Shown here piece after piece: positions 18,758 to 29,329 of a DNA stretch of 64,000 nucleotides. Origin of the DNA: an uncultured Pelosinus sp. (GTDB taxonomy: Bacteria > Bacillota > Negativicutes > UMGS1260); assembly GCA_900550105.1 (NCBI GenBank), contig URQW01000004.1, positions 9,575 through 73,574 of the forward strand, written 5' to 3'. The notes below the pieces were generated by a model. It did no database searches. It worked only from the letters and a program-made list of their open reading frames with translations, and had not been told where the DNA came from. Each line of letters opens with the position of its first letter. Within the stretch, counting starts at the first letter, position 1. The position numbers and the translations under genes were made by a program.

Positions 18758-19855
18758 ATGAAAAAGAGTCTTCTGGCAAGCTTTTTTGCTCTCTTACTAT
18801 TTCTAACAGCGCAGACCGTTTTTGCGCAAAGTGTGACCGTCACAGGCAATGGCGTCTCCCGTGAAGATGCGATTCGCGATGGATTACGTCTAGCCGTGGA
18901 ACAGGCCGTCGGCACCTTAGTTGACTCACAAACCTTATCGCGAAACAACCAGATTGTAAACGATGAAGTCTATACAAAATCATCAGGCTTTGTACAGGAT
19001 TATCAGGTCGTCAGCGAACAGCGAAATGGCGGTGTTTACACCGTGGATCTTGCTGTCACTGTGGATACGGATCCAAGCTCGGCCTTATACACGAAGCTGC
19101 AAAAGCTGCGCCTCATCGAAGTAATGCTGCGCGATCCGCGCATTGCCGTCTTTATTCCCGAGCGCTACCAATCTGGCGCTTTCCCTGATCCGGCTGGTGA
19201 AACAGCCGTCATCCAGAAATTGCGTGATGCCGGCTTTAAGCATGTCCTTGACGCGCGTCAGACAGCCAATATTCAAGAAAATCAGATTGTCCGCGCCATC
19301 CTTGACGGTAACCTCCGTGACGCTCGCTCCATGGCTACCACCTATCAGCTAGACTTCGTCATTGTCGGCGAAGCTACGGCCCAATATGCTGGCGATCTGT
19401 ATGACAGTGGCATTAAATCAAGTCGGGCTCATATTGACGCCAAGGTACTCAAAGTGGATACAGGTGAAATTATTGCCGCGCAAGGTTTTGAAGCAGGCGG
19501 CGTTGACATTACGCCGCGGATTGCCGCTAAAAAAGCCCTAGCTGCGGCGGGAGCGCAAGTCGGCGATTATATGGTCCAACAGCTCATGCAGTATGCAAGT
19601 GATCCTGATAAACCACTGACCATCTATGTCAGCCGCGCTAGTTTTAATAAGCTTAACCTTATGCAAAACGCGTTAAAACAAGTACCTGGCGTAAAATCAG
19701 TCTTTTTGCGTTCTTATACGAATGGCGTCGCCCAAATTGACGTGACCTATACAGGTTCGCCAAAAGTCCTGGCTGATGCACTACAAAACACGGACGGCGT
19801 ATCGCTTGATGTAACGTCTATCTCGAACAGCACAGTGCAAGTCACGCTGCGTTAA
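18758..19855 (+). CDS. secreted protein with repeated LPP20-like domains
   Basis: Start set at MKKSLLASFF, a clear signal peptide ending AQS. Two internally similar modules (AIRDGLRLAVEQAVG / AKKALAAAGAQVGDY). Confidence 0.45.
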   Translation: MKKSLLASFFALLLFLTAQTVFAQSVTVTGNGVSREDAIRDGLRLAVEQAVGTLVDSQTLSRNNQIVNDEVYTKSSGFVQDYQVVSEQRNGGVYTVDLAVTVDTDPSSALYTKLQKLRLIEVMLRDPRIAVFIPERYQSGAFPDPAGETAVIQKLRDAGFKHVLDARQTANIQENQIVRAILDGNLRDARSMATTYQLDFVIVGEATAQYAGDLYDSGIKSSRAHIDAKVLKVDTGEIIAAQGFEAGGVDITPRIAAKKALAAAGAQVGDYMVQQLMQYASDPDKPLTIYVSRASFNKLNLMQNALKQVPGVKSVFLRSYTNGVAQIDVTYTGSPKVLADALQNTDGVSLDVTSISNSTVQVTLR

Positions 19856-19930
19856 ATAAGACGATAGCAAAATCGGCCGCAAGCGACAATAAAACGATGT
19901 CGTCAAAACGAAAGCTCACGACCACAAACA

Positions 19931-19976
19931 AAGCCTCAGCCTTTTCCCAAACGGAAATGACTGAGGCTTTTGCTTT
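19931..19976. terminator. rho-independent terminator (aagcctcag...ctgaggctt followed by a T-tract)
   Basis: 9-bp stem and T-rich tail between convergent genes. Confidence 0.6.
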
Positions 19977-20008
19977 GTAACTTTACGTACGAATCACAAT
20001 TCTATTGT

Positions 20009-22666
20009 CTATTTCGTACCGTGATTTTCCCCTTTGCTTACAGCCGCTTGGGCTGCCGCCAGTCTAGCTACGGGAACACGATAAGGTGAGCAGCTCACAT
20101 AATCAAGCCCGATCTGGTGGCAAAACTCGACAGAACTCGGTTCACCGCCATGCTCGCCGCAAATGCCAATAAGCATGCCTGGCCGCGTCTTCCGGCCCCG
20201 TTCTACGGCAATCTGCATCAATTGACCGACGCCGTCGCGATCGAGAACAATAAAGGGGCTTTCCTTAAAGATTTTCGCATCAATATAATCGGCCAAGAAC
20301 TTGCCTTCGGCATCGTCACGACTAAAGCCGAGCGTCGTCTGGGTCAAGTCATTCGTCCCAAAACTGAAGAACTCTGCTTCCTTAGCCATGCGATCTGCTA
20401 AGAGAGCCGCTCGCGGCAATTCAATCATTGAGCCGATTGTATACTCAAATTCGACTTTCATTTCCTGCATAACATCCGTAGCAATCCCTTCAATCCGTTC
20501 CTTGAAGAAAGCCATTTCTTTCGGATCAATCGGTAGCGGAATTTCGACTTCCGGCATGACCTTCACGCCTTCTTTCACGAGTCTTGCTACAGCCTGGAAA
20601 ATAGCGCGGCTCTGCATATCGTAAATGGCTGGGAAGGTAATGCCAAGGCGACAACCGCGATGGCCCAACATCGGATTAAATTCATGGAGCGCCCGGACCT
20701 TCTTTAAAATTTGCATCCTGGCTTCCAGTCTTGCCGGATCCTTGCCAGTCACCCGCAGTTCTGTCGTCTCTACAAGCAAATCTTCTAAGCTTGGCAAAAA
20801 CTCATGAAGCGGCGGATCTAAGAGACGAATGGTTACGGGATAGCCAGCCATAGCCTTAAAAATGCCGTAAAAATCGCCTTCTTGCATAGGGAGCAGCTTA
20901 TCAAGAGCATCTTGCCGTTCTGCTTCATCTTCCGCTAAAATCATCTTCTGGACAAAAGGCAGGCGATCTTGCGCCATAAACATATGTTCCGTCCGGGTTA
21001 AGCCAATTCCAGTTGCGCCAAATTGCCGTGCCTTCAGCGCATCTTCCGGCGTATCGGCATTGGCCCGTACTTCCAGGCGTTTGACTTCATCAGCCCACTG
21101 TAAAATCGCCAGATATTCTTCAGACAGTTTCGGCTCTAACATCGGAACCGTACCGCCGATGACTCGTCCGGTAGCGCCATCAATGGAAATCATGGCTCCT
21201 TTGGCAAAGACCTGGCCGCCGACAACAAATTCTTGCTTGTCATAATCAATCTTTACAGCATCGCATCCGCAGACACAAGGCTTGCCCATACCACGAGCTA
21301 CCACAGCGGCATGGCTCGTCATACCACCGCGACTTGTCAAAATCCCTTGAGCCGCTACAATCCCATGAATATCATCAGGCGTCGTTTCGTTGCGAACAAG
21401 AATCACTTTTACGCCATTTTTGCCAAGGCGCTCTGCTTCATCGGCATCAAAAACAACTTCACCCGACGCAGCGCCAGGCGACGCTGGAAGTCCTGTTGCC
21501 AGCACATTGAGCTTCGCTGAGTCATCAATCCGCCGATGCAGCAGCTGGTCAAGCTGACCAGGATCAACTAGGAGCAAGGCGTCCCGTTTCTCCACCATAC
21601 CTGATTGAACCATATCATAAGCAATCTGAATCGAAGCCGCCGCTGTCCGTTTCCCATTCCGAGTCTGGAGAATATACAGCTTACCCCGCTCAACAGTAAA
21701 CTCAATATCCTGCATATTTTTATAATGCCGCTCCAGCTGGCGAGAGATTTTATGGAATTCCTTATAAATCGTTGGCATTTCTTCCGCCAGTTTGGCAATA
21801 GGCTGCGGCGTCCGAATCCCAGCTACCACATCTTCCCCCTGCGCATTGGTCAAATACTCGCCATAAAGCACATTCTCGCCCGTCGAAGGGTTACGACTAA
21901 AAGCAACACCCGTACCAGAATCGTCACCCATATTGCCAAAGACCATCTCTTGAATATTGACAGCCGTGCCAAGGTCATGAGCAATCTTATTGATATTCCG
22001 ATAGATAATGGCCCGGTTGTTATTCCAGGAACGAAATACAGCTTCCACCGCCATAAAGAGCTGCTCGACCGGATCTTCCGGGAAGGGCTTGCCGCTCCGC
22101 TGTGCCACGAGCTTCTTATAATCGGCAATGACTAGGCGCAGTGTGTCGGCAGACAGTTCCTGATCGAGTTTTACGCCCTGCTTTTCCTTATGGTCCGCTA
22201 AAATCAGTTCAAAGTCATGCTTGGGAATTTCGAGCACCACATCACCGAACATTTGAATGAAGCGGCGATAGCAATCGCAAGCAAAGCGCGGATTTTTCGT
22301 ATTTTTGGCCACAGCCGCCATAGTCTGTTCATTTAAGCCCAGATTTAAAATGGTATCCATCATGCCAGGCATGGAAAACATGGCGCCAGACCGAACCGAA
22401 ACAAGCAGCGGATTCTCGGCATCTCCTAGCTTTTTCCCACTCTTTTTTTCGACAGCTTTCAAACAAAAGCTCACTTCATCCTTTAAGCCGTCAGGCCATT
22501 TTTTACCGGCCTTATAGTAGTCATTGCAGGCGGCCGTCGTGATTGTCATCCCTGTCGGCACAGGCAGGCCCATGCGAGTCATTTCGGCCAAATTGGCCCC
22601 CTTACCGCCTAAAAGCGCTTTCATTTCGGCCTTGCCCTCATCAAAAAAATACACATACTTTGCCAC
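20009..22666 (-). CDS. ppdK: pyruvate, phosphate dikinase
   Basis: 885 aa. N-terminal ATP-grasp motif GGKGANLAEM, central phosphohistidine domain, C-terminal PEP-utilising domain. Confidence 0.9.
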   Translation of the reverse strand: MAKYVYFFDEGKAEMKALLGGKGANLAEMTRMGLPVPTGMTITTAACNDYYKAGKKWPDGLKDEVSFCLKAVEKKSGKKLGDAENPLLVSVRSGAMFSMPGMMDTILNLGLNEQTMAAVAKNTKNPRFACDCYRRFIQMFGDVVLEIPKHDFELILADHKEKQGVKLDQELSADTLRLVIADYKKLVAQRSGKPFPEDPVEQLFMAVEAVFRSWNNNRAIIYRNINKIAHDLGTAVNIQEMVFGNMGDDSGTGVAFSRNPSTGENVLYGEYLTNAQGEDVVAGIRTPQPIAKLAEEMPTIYKEFHKISRQLERHYKNMQDIEFTVERGKLYILQTRNGKRTAAASIQIAYDMVQSGMVEKRDALLLVDPGQLDQLLHRRIDDSAKLNVLATGLPASPGAASGEVVFDADEAERLGKNGVKVILVRNETTPDDIHGIVAAQGILTSRGGMTSHAAVVARGMGKPCVCGCDAVKIDYDKQEFVVGGQVFAKGAMISIDGATGRVIGGTVPMLEPKLSEEYLAILQWADEVKRLEVRANADTPEDALKARQFGATGIGLTRTEHMFMAQDRLPFVQKMILAEDEAERQDALDKLLPMQEGDFYGIFKAMAGYPVTIRLLDPPLHEFLPSLEDLLVETTELRVTGKDPARLEARMQILKKVRALHEFNPMLGHRGCRLGITFPAIYDMQSRAIFQAVARLVKEGVKVMPEVEIPLPIDPKEMAFFKERIEGIATDVMQEMKVEFEYTIGSMIELPRAALLADRMAKEAEFFSFGTNDLTQTTLGFSRDDAEGKFLADYIDAKIFKESPFIVLDRDGVGQLMQIAVERGRKTRPGMLIGICGEHGGEPSSVEFCHQIGLDYVSCSPYRVPVARLAAAQAAVSKGENHGTK

Positions 22667-23464
22667 TTACTTTTCCCCCTTCCGATATATCTCCATAATC
22701 ATCGCTGCCGTCTCTTCTACCGCCTTATTGGTCACATCAATCGTAGGACAGCCAATGCGGCGCATAATCGAAGCAGCGTAATCAAGCTCAGCTAAGATTC
22801 TTTCCAGGTTTGCATAGTCGCTGTTTGGCGATAATTTCATCGACCGCAACCGTTCCTTGCGAATTTCATAAAGCTGCATGGGATCAATCGTAAGACCGAA
22901 AACTTTTCGTTTTGGCACTTCAAAGAGTTCTTCCGGTAAAGGCGTTTCCGGTACGAGCGGAACATTGGCTGCTTTTAGGCCCTTATGAGCCATATACATA
23001 CATAACGGGGTCTTCGAGGTACGCGATACGCCCGTAAAAACAATATCAGCCTTTAGCAAGCCCCGCGGCTCCTTGCCGTCATCAAATTTTACGGCAAACT
23101 CAATGGCCTCTACCCGTGTAAAATAATCATGGTCAATTCGGCGTATCAGGCCAGGTTCATGCGTCGCTTCCTGCTGCACCAAACCGCCCAACATAGCGAT
23201 GACAGGCCCCATAATATCGGTACAGGGAATATCAATCTCCGCTGCCTTTCGTTCTAGATACTCTTTCAGAGTGGGTGTTACGAGCGTATAGACAACAGCC
23301 GCTCCTGACGCTTCCGCCGCCTGTAAGGCTTCATCGATTTCTTCGGGTGTACTGATGTAGGGAACACGGCGAAATTCAAAGCGTACCTGCCGAAATTGGC
23401 TGGCAGCAGCCTTGACCACAATCTCGCCAGTCTCGCCGATGGAATCAGACAGAACATACACCAC
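22667..23464 (-). CDS. pyruvate, phosphate dikinase regulatory protein (PDRP, kinase/pyrophosphorylase, DUF299)
   Basis: 265 aa with P-loop-like GVSRTSKTP. Immediately upstream of ppdK with no gap. Confidence 0.8.
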   Translation of the reverse strand: MVYVLSDSIGETGEIVVKAAASQFRQVRFEFRRVPYISTPEEIDEALQAAEASGAAVVYTLVTPTLKEYLERKAAEIDIPCTDIMGPVIAMLGGLVQQEATHEPGLIRRIDHDYFTRVEAIEFAVKFDDGKEPRGLLKADIVFTGVSRTSKTPLCMYMAHKGLKAANVPLVPETPLPEELFEVPKRKVFGLTIDPMQLYEIRKERLRSMKLSPNSDYANLERILAELDYAASIMRRIGCPTIDVTNKAVEETAAMIMEIYRKGEK

Positions 23465-23820
23465 AGTGACTTCTCTGTTACTAATACATGCCGCCTCCCT
23501 TCAGACTAGAACAAGTGTAATTTAATTTTATGAGCTGTAAATTAACTTTATTTTTGGAATATTTTCTTATTTCTATTATACCACAAAATTTGCCTATACC
23601 TTAAATTTATGAATCTCCGCCTGAAGATTATCGGCTAATTTGGCCAAAGCCTAACTAGCCGAAGCAATTTGCGCGATGGCTGTTTTTCTCTAAACATTCT
23701 CTGCTACAGCTCCTTTAGTATACAATCAGCCAAACTTATTGCCTTTACATTCTTCGTCAAAAAACACCAATTACCTTCGAAACATTACATGACTTATTTC
23801 CTGTTTTATAAAAATACTAC

Positions 23821-23863
23821 AAAAAAACAGCAAGCGCTGTCGATTTAGCGCTTGCTGTTTTTA
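23821..23863. terminator. bidirectional rho-independent terminator (acagcaagcgct / agcgcttgctgt, flanked by A7 and T5)
   Basis: 12-bp perfect stem read from the sequence. Confidence 0.7.
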
Positions 23864-23914
23864 TAGACTACAGAAATATAGATTTATTATGTTGACCGTG
23901 ATTCTCTTTCCCGC

Positions 23915-25306
23915 TTACTTCGCTGACCAATTCTGGCCATCAGCCGCTACTTGATACATTTTGCCGCCGATATTAAAAGAGTTCAACTGGTAGCCGCCGC
24001 CCTTCGCCCAGTCCTGGAGCGTCAGAGTGTCACTACTGCCATCTAGCGAAATGACCAGATCATTGCCACTCAGCTGACTATGGATGCTACTTAGGGGTGT
24101 ATTATAGAGCATCAAGGCATCTTGACTATTATCAGAACGTCCCGTAATCACATCCTGCCCATCCGTCCGCCCCCACCAATAGGTATCCTGACCGCTACCG
24201 CCAGTCATAGTATCACTCCCAGCAGCGCCCCACATTTGACTGCCGCCAGAACCGGCTATCATAATATCGTCACTGCTACTACCGCGAAGTATCGAGTTAC
24301 CACTGCTTGCCCCTATGACTTCATGAAGACCATTTGCTTTATAGCAAGGCTTCGACAAATCAATTACAGCTTCTTCTCCATCATTCCAAGCCACAACGCT
24401 CCTACCAAAAACCCAGCCTTGAATTCTTGCTTTCGCATCCATACCATACCAATCACTTAAAGTTAAACTGGAACCATCAGCGATTGTTAGCACCAAATCA
24501 TCAGTCTGACGTCCCAAGGTATAACTGCCACGAGTAATATTAGAGAAATAAAGAGCATCACCGCTATTATTTCCTGCCTGGTAGACTCTATCATGACCAT
24601 TATTCTGGGCCCACCAGAAACAGTTACTGCCACTGCCGCCCATCAACTGGTCATCACCGCCAGCGCCCCAGAGTTGATTATTACCGCTGCCGCCGTCAAT
24701 CGCATTATTGCCACCGTTACCGCGAAAGATATCATCCCCACTACCTCCCACAATATTGCGGCTCTCACTCCCTGTCAGATTCACGGTCTGCGGCATCGTA
24801 GTATCAGAAAAATTAAGTGTGACGTCCTGCATTGGATCATGCGTAATTGATAACGTCTTGACTACACCGCTTGAAACAGATAGTCCATCTAAATCCGTAA
24901 TGGTCACATAAAACATAACCTCGCGTGAATTGGCGTCAGCCTGAGGTATAAATGCAAGATTTGCCAAAAGAAGATTCACCTGAGGTACAGTAAGCAGGTT
25001 CTCACAGGTATAAGTTCCAGTAGCGCTATCATAGTGATCAGAAATCCCTGCCAAACCAGCTGCATCCGCCACTTTCACCTGATCTCCTGGCAACAACTTT
25101 CCCATTAACGCTACAGTAACTGTGTCGCATCCTCCACTCGGGTCAGTTACATATAGCCCCTGGGAAAAAATATTCTTTATCTCGCTATCTTTCAAAGAAT
25201 CCTCGGTTGAACCGCGTTGCGTAATCATCGGCCCAGCATCAACCGGCGGGTACTGAGCCGCTAGAACAAAACTTATGTTTTCGCCCATATCTAAATTTTG
25301 AAACAT
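23915..25306 (-). CDS. RTX-type calcium-binding repeat protein, short paralog of the downstream giant adhesin (T1SS substrate-like)
   Basis: 463 aa. No signal peptide. GGxGxD nonapeptide repeats. C-terminal ~300 aa almost identical to the 1277-aa neighbour. Confidence 0.75.
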   Translation of the reverse strand: MFQNLDMGENISFVLAAQYPPVDAGPMITQRGSTEDSLKDSEIKNIFSQGLYVTDPSGGCDTVTVALMGKLLPGDQVKVADAAGLAGISDHYDSATGTYTCENLLTVPQVNLLLANLAFIPQADANSREVMFYVTITDLDGLSVSSGVVKTLSITHDPMQDVTLNFSDTTMPQTVNLTGSESRNIVGGSGDDIFRGNGGNNAIDGGSGNNQLWGAGGDDQLMGGSGSNCFWWAQNNGHDRVYQAGNNSGDALYFSNITRGSYTLGRQTDDLVLTIADGSSLTLSDWYGMDAKARIQGWVFGRSVVAWNDGEEAVIDLSKPCYKANGLHEVIGASSGNSILRGSSSDDIMIAGSGGSQMWGAAGSDTMTGGSGQDTYWWGRTDGQDVITGRSDNSQDALMLYNTPLSSIHSQLSGNDLVISLDGSSDTLTLQDWAKGGGYQLNSFNIGGKMYQVAADGQNWSAK

Positions 25307-25495
25307 AAACTACGCCTCCCTGCACCGCCTATTCCCGGCTAACCAAAATGGGGCCGCGACATTAAGGAAATTTTCGCTTAGTGCCACAGCCCGATACGAC
25401 TTACCGTGAAATACATTCTCGTTTTAACATATCATAAATAGTTTAACTTGTACACGATCTATATGAATAGGGACTATTCTTACCTTGTTAGAATC

Positions 25496-28400
25496 TTACT
25501 TTGCTGACCAACTCTTGCCATCAGCCGCTACTTGATACATTTTACCGCCGATATTAAAAGAATTCAGTTGATAGCCGCCGCCCCTCGCCCAGTCTTGAAT
25601 CGTCAGCGTGTCACTACTGCCATCCAGCGAAATGACTAGATCATTGCCACTCAGCTGGCTGTGGATACTACTTAAAGGCGTGTTGTACAGCATGATGGAG
25701 TCCTGACTATTGTCCGCCCGACTCGTAATCACATCATGATCATCGCTCGATCCCCACCAGTACTCATCCTTACCGCTGCCGCCTGTCATAACGTCATTCC
25801 CGGCGCCACTCCACATCTGACTGCCACCAATTCCCCCTAACAATACATCATCACCGCCGCTGCCGCGCAATATACTATTGCCAGCGGCACTACCAATGGC
25901 AATATGCATATCTAATTGCGCATAGCAAGGCTTTGCCAAATCAACAATAGCTTCTTCCCCATCATTCCAGGCGACAGCGGTCCTACCAAAAACCCAGCCT
26001 TGAATTCTTGCTTTCGCATCCATACCATACCAATCACTTACGGTTAAACTAGAGCCATCGGCGATTGTTAGCACCAAATCATTCGCCTGCCGCTCTAAAA
26101 TATAGCCCCCACGACTAATATTGGAGAAATAAAGGGCATCACCGCTATTATTTCCTGCCTGTTGGACTATATCATGACCGTTATTCTGGGCCCACCAGTA
26201 ACCGTTACTACCACTACCGCCAATCAGTTTGTCATCACCAGCAGCGCCCCAAAGCTGATTATTGCCGCTGCCGCCATCTAACACATTATTCCCGCTGTTG
26301 CCGCGAAACACATCATCGCCGGCGCCGCCTACTATATTGCGGTTCTCACTGCCCATGAGATTCACTTCTTGCGCCGTCGTCGAACCAGAATAATTATCGG
26401 TCGGCGTAGAATCCGTTGAAGAGCCGCCGGAACCGCCACTGCCGCCGGAACTTGCCGCCGTTACACTCACTGTTATATTTGCGCCAAGGGAAGGAACATT
26501 CGATCCATCTTTCGTCTGTATTTGTACTGTTGCCGCACTAGTCTGGCCCGCTACGGGATGATAACTCAGAGAACGTAACAGCGTCTGCGCAGCGGCTACA
26601 GACATCGAATTCCAACTATAAGTCCTAGTTGTTCCTGCCCCAGTACCGCTACTACTCGCAGTCGCCGATTGCGAAGCGCTTATCGTGCCTTCACCCGTTA
26701 CAGTCACAGTAATTGCTTCGGTCTCCTGAAAGTCCGGATCAGTTAGCGTAGCCTGAGGACACAATGCTAAAGTTCCCGTATTCTGTACTGATTGCGTTGC
26801 GAGAATCTGTGATAGAACAGGCGTATCATTTATAGAGGTAATCCGTACTGACATAGACGAGTTCAGACTTGGTGTATCACTCGAAGTAATGGTAAAGGCA
26901 TCTGTCGACGAATCGCCGGCCAATGTCAAGTTTGCTACAGGCTGAAATAAAATGTTGCCGCTCTGTAAGTCAGCTTGAATCTGGACTCCTGTACCTTTAA
27001 GAGTCAGCTTCCCCTGAGGGCCGATAGAAACCTGGGATTGAAAAGATGCATCACTCGCTAAGGAAAAAACGCCCTTTGAAGGATCACCGTTATTAATAGT
27101 AAGTGAACTATTAGCCGAACCGCCGCTTAATTGAATCCCCGAAAATAAGTTATTTGCTGTCCTGTCATCATCGATAGAAATAGAAGCTGGAACCTGAGTA
27201 ATTCTTAAGTCATGAGTTGTGTCATGAGTAATAGAAAAACTTGTTACATTTGATTGACTAAATGACTGGTTTTGTGAATCTGTAATCGTCACATTACAGG
27301 ATACAAATTGCGGATTAGCCGAAGCTTGCGGTATAAATTCAAGATTATTTAAAAGCACACTCGCCTGAGCTGCCGTAAGATTACTACAAGTATATATTCC
27401 AGTAGCACTGTTGTAGTATTCCGTAATTCCGGTCAAACCACTTCCAGCAGCCAAATGCAGATTCGCTCCAGATCCCCCTCCATTTAACTGTACAGTAACT
27501 GTCTCCGTATCACCAGCATCAGGGTCAGTCACCGTCGCCCCATTATAAATAAGCTTCACCGTTTCACTATCTTTTATAGTCTTGACAGGACCAGGAGTAA
27601 TCAAGCCAAACATCACTGTCGGCGCATCATCCACAGGCGTAATTTTGACAGATTGAGTGTTTGTGGCACTGCCACTACCGCCAGTGTTCGTTGCCGAAAT
27701 ACCAAAAGTATCTGTTTGTGTTGTTCCAAGCGAAATTGTATTTTGGGGAATCGCCACCGTAATACTGCCAGCTCGCTGCAGATAAGTTGTAATATCGCCA
27801 CTAGTTCCAGTTAGTGTAATCGTATTATTAGCTACTGTCACGCCAACACCCGGGCTGCCTGAAGTAAGCGCCGAAAAGCCGAAACCTTGAGGAATAGTAA
27901 GCGTAGCCATTACTGTACCAGATCCAGTAATTGTTACTTGGCTAAAAGGATTCATTCTCTCCACTGTATCATTATAATCTAGCTCGGTAGCCGTTACTGA
28001 AATTGACGGCGCCCTATACAGCTCGACAACAGCTACATCTGTTGTTACCGGAGTAGCTAGCGTCGCTCCCAAACTATCTTTGATACTTGCACTAATCGTT
28101 CTATCTCCACTGCCAAGAGATGTCGCGGTAAAAGTCATATTCTTTAGTGTAGTCTGTATTTGAGCTACAGTGCCTATATAAGTATAAGTATAAGTGTGAG
28201 TTGCAGCATCATAACTGCCACTGCCCCCAGAGCTCGCAATAGAATCGCCGCTAGTATAATTACTGCTAATCGTTACAGTGAGTGTATCTACATCGTTACT
28301 ATCAATAGGGTCATCACTAACAGTCATACTACCAAACAGAGAAACAGAAGCCCCTCCTATGGTAAAAGTAGGACTCGACATGGTCCCCGAAAGCATTGGC

Positions 28401-29329
28401 GCCTGATTATTATGAATGGTGAGCTGCTTTGATGCTGATTGCCCTGCTGCATCGGTTGCCGTAAGTGTAAACGTTGTATCCTGGGTTTGGTCCACAGTAA
28501 CAGCCAGACTTCGCAGCTGGCTTTGTAGGGCAGCCGCCCCATTGCCTGTCAAGGTAAGAGGCGTCGAGCTATTATTTGTATAGGTAGTTCCATTATATTT
28601 AAAGCTGCCAGAACTCACCGCAACAGTTACTGTCATGGGATCATAGTAATTCTCATCTGTAAGCGTAACCGCCGAAAAAACAGTTTGCGAATTTGGGCTA
28701 GCTGCTACGGCAACCTTAGGAGTCGGAATTGCTAAAACAGGGCCCTGCTCCGTCCACTTTGTTACGGGAGAAACAGTTCGCGGACTGGATTGCATACTGT
28801 TATCATAATATAAAAGTCCAGAAAAAGGATCCCATACACCATAGGTTACCGTGATCGGTATTGAAGACTTATCACTCCAATTGCCTTGCTTTACAAACAC
28901 AAGTTTATTTTGTAGTAGATCATTCACATCATTCATTGTACCGACAATTTGGTAATAAGGCACACCAGGATCAGGAATATAGTATAAAATAGCGCCAGTA
29001 GTATTGGTGGGGTCTTGCCAGAGATTATCTTCAGGCACCCCATTAGCCAAAGTACTATAGACGATTTGCCCCGTCTTACCCAGATATCCACTAAAATAAT
29101 CGCTTGCAGTACGTTCCGAAATCGTTCTAGGCCTTCCTGACGCATCAAGGGCTGTCAAAAAGCCATCGCCATTCAGTGTCTGCAGATCAATCTTAAGTCC
29201 TACTAAATCCGTACTTACGTTATTAGAACCCGAAACATTCTTAAAAGGATGTTGAACCGATAAATCAATCGTCGTACTTGAATTAATATTGTTTAAACTT
29301 ATAGCCATAACTACGCCTCCGTGCTCCAT
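25496..29329 (-). CDS. giant RTX-type surface adhesin with tandem Ig/cadherin-like beta domains and C-terminal calcium-binding repeat + T1SS secretion module
   Basis: 1277 aa. T/S/G-rich repeated ~100-aa modules. No N-terminal signal. GGAGDD.F.G..GN RTX repeats. Poly-Gly/Ser linker (SSGGSGGSGGSS). Confidence 0.75.
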   Translation of the reverse strand: MEHGGVVMAISLNNINSSTTIDLSVQHPFKNVSGSNNVSTDLVGLKIDLQTLNGDGFLTALDASGRPRTISERTASDYFSGYLGKTGQIVYSTLANGVPEDNLWQDPTNTTGAILYYIPDPGVPYYQIVGTMNDVNDLLQNKLVFVKQGNWSDKSSIPITVTYGVWDPFSGLLYYDNSMQSSPRTVSPVTKWTEQGPVLAIPTPKVAVAASPNSQTVFSAVTLTDENYYDPMTVTVAVSSGSFKYNGTTYTNNSSTPLTLTGNGAAALQSQLRSLAVTVDQTQDTTFTLTATDAAGQSASKQLTIHNNQAPMLSGTMSSPTFTIGGASVSLFGSMTVSDDPIDSNDVDTLTVTISSNYTSGDSIASSGGSGSYDAATHTYTYTYIGTVAQIQTTLKNMTFTATSLGSGDRTISASIKDSLGATLATPVTTDVAVVELYRAPSISVTATELDYNDTVERMNPFSQVTITGSGTVMATLTIPQGFGFSALTSGSPGVGVTVANNTITLTGTSGDITTYLQRAGSITVAIPQNTISLGTTQTDTFGISATNTGGSGSATNTQSVKITPVDDAPTVMFGLITPGPVKTIKDSETVKLIYNGATVTDPDAGDTETVTVQLNGGGSGANLHLAAGSGLTGITEYYNSATGIYTCSNLTAAQASVLLNNLEFIPQASANPQFVSCNVTITDSQNQSFSQSNVTSFSITHDTTHDLRITQVPASISIDDDRTANNLFSGIQLSGGSANSSLTINNGDPSKGVFSLASDASFQSQVSIGPQGKLTLKGTGVQIQADLQSGNILFQPVANLTLAGDSSTDAFTITSSDTPSLNSSMSVRITSINDTPVLSQILATQSVQNTGTLALCPQATLTDPDFQETEAITVTVTGEGTISASQSATASSSGTGAGTTRTYSWNSMSVAAAQTLLRSLSYHPVAGQTSAATVQIQTKDGSNVPSLGANITVSVTAASSGGSGGSGGSSTDSTPTDNYSGSTTAQEVNLMGSENRNIVGGAGDDVFRGNSGNNVLDGGSGNNQLWGAAGDDKLIGGSGSNGYWWAQNNGHDIVQQAGNNSGDALYFSNISRGGYILERQANDLVLTIADGSSLTVSDWYGMDAKARIQGWVFGRTAVAWNDGEEAIVDLAKPCYAQLDMHIAIGSAAGNSILRGSGGDDVLLGGIGGSQMWSGAGNDVMTGGSGKDEYWWGSSDDHDVITSRADNSQDSIMLYNTPLSSIHSQLSGNDLVISLDGSSDTLTIQDWARGGGYQLNSFNIGGKMYQVAADGKSWSAK

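Noticed and set aside
21605-22135. 176-aa plus-strand ORF inside ppdK
   Set aside because: Antisense to a confidently assigned, highly conserved gene. Typical shadow ORF. The same applies to many other listed ORFs nested in opposite-strand genes, for example 57243..57746, 62008..62541, 48151..48597 and 10808..11164.
23465-23914. 450-bp ORF-free region as a possible sRNA or mobile-element remnant
   Set aside because: Only a clear bidirectional terminator hairpin was found. There are no inverted terminal repeats, transposase fragments or conserved-looking structure. Most simply the promoter/terminator spacer between the PDRP and RTX genes.
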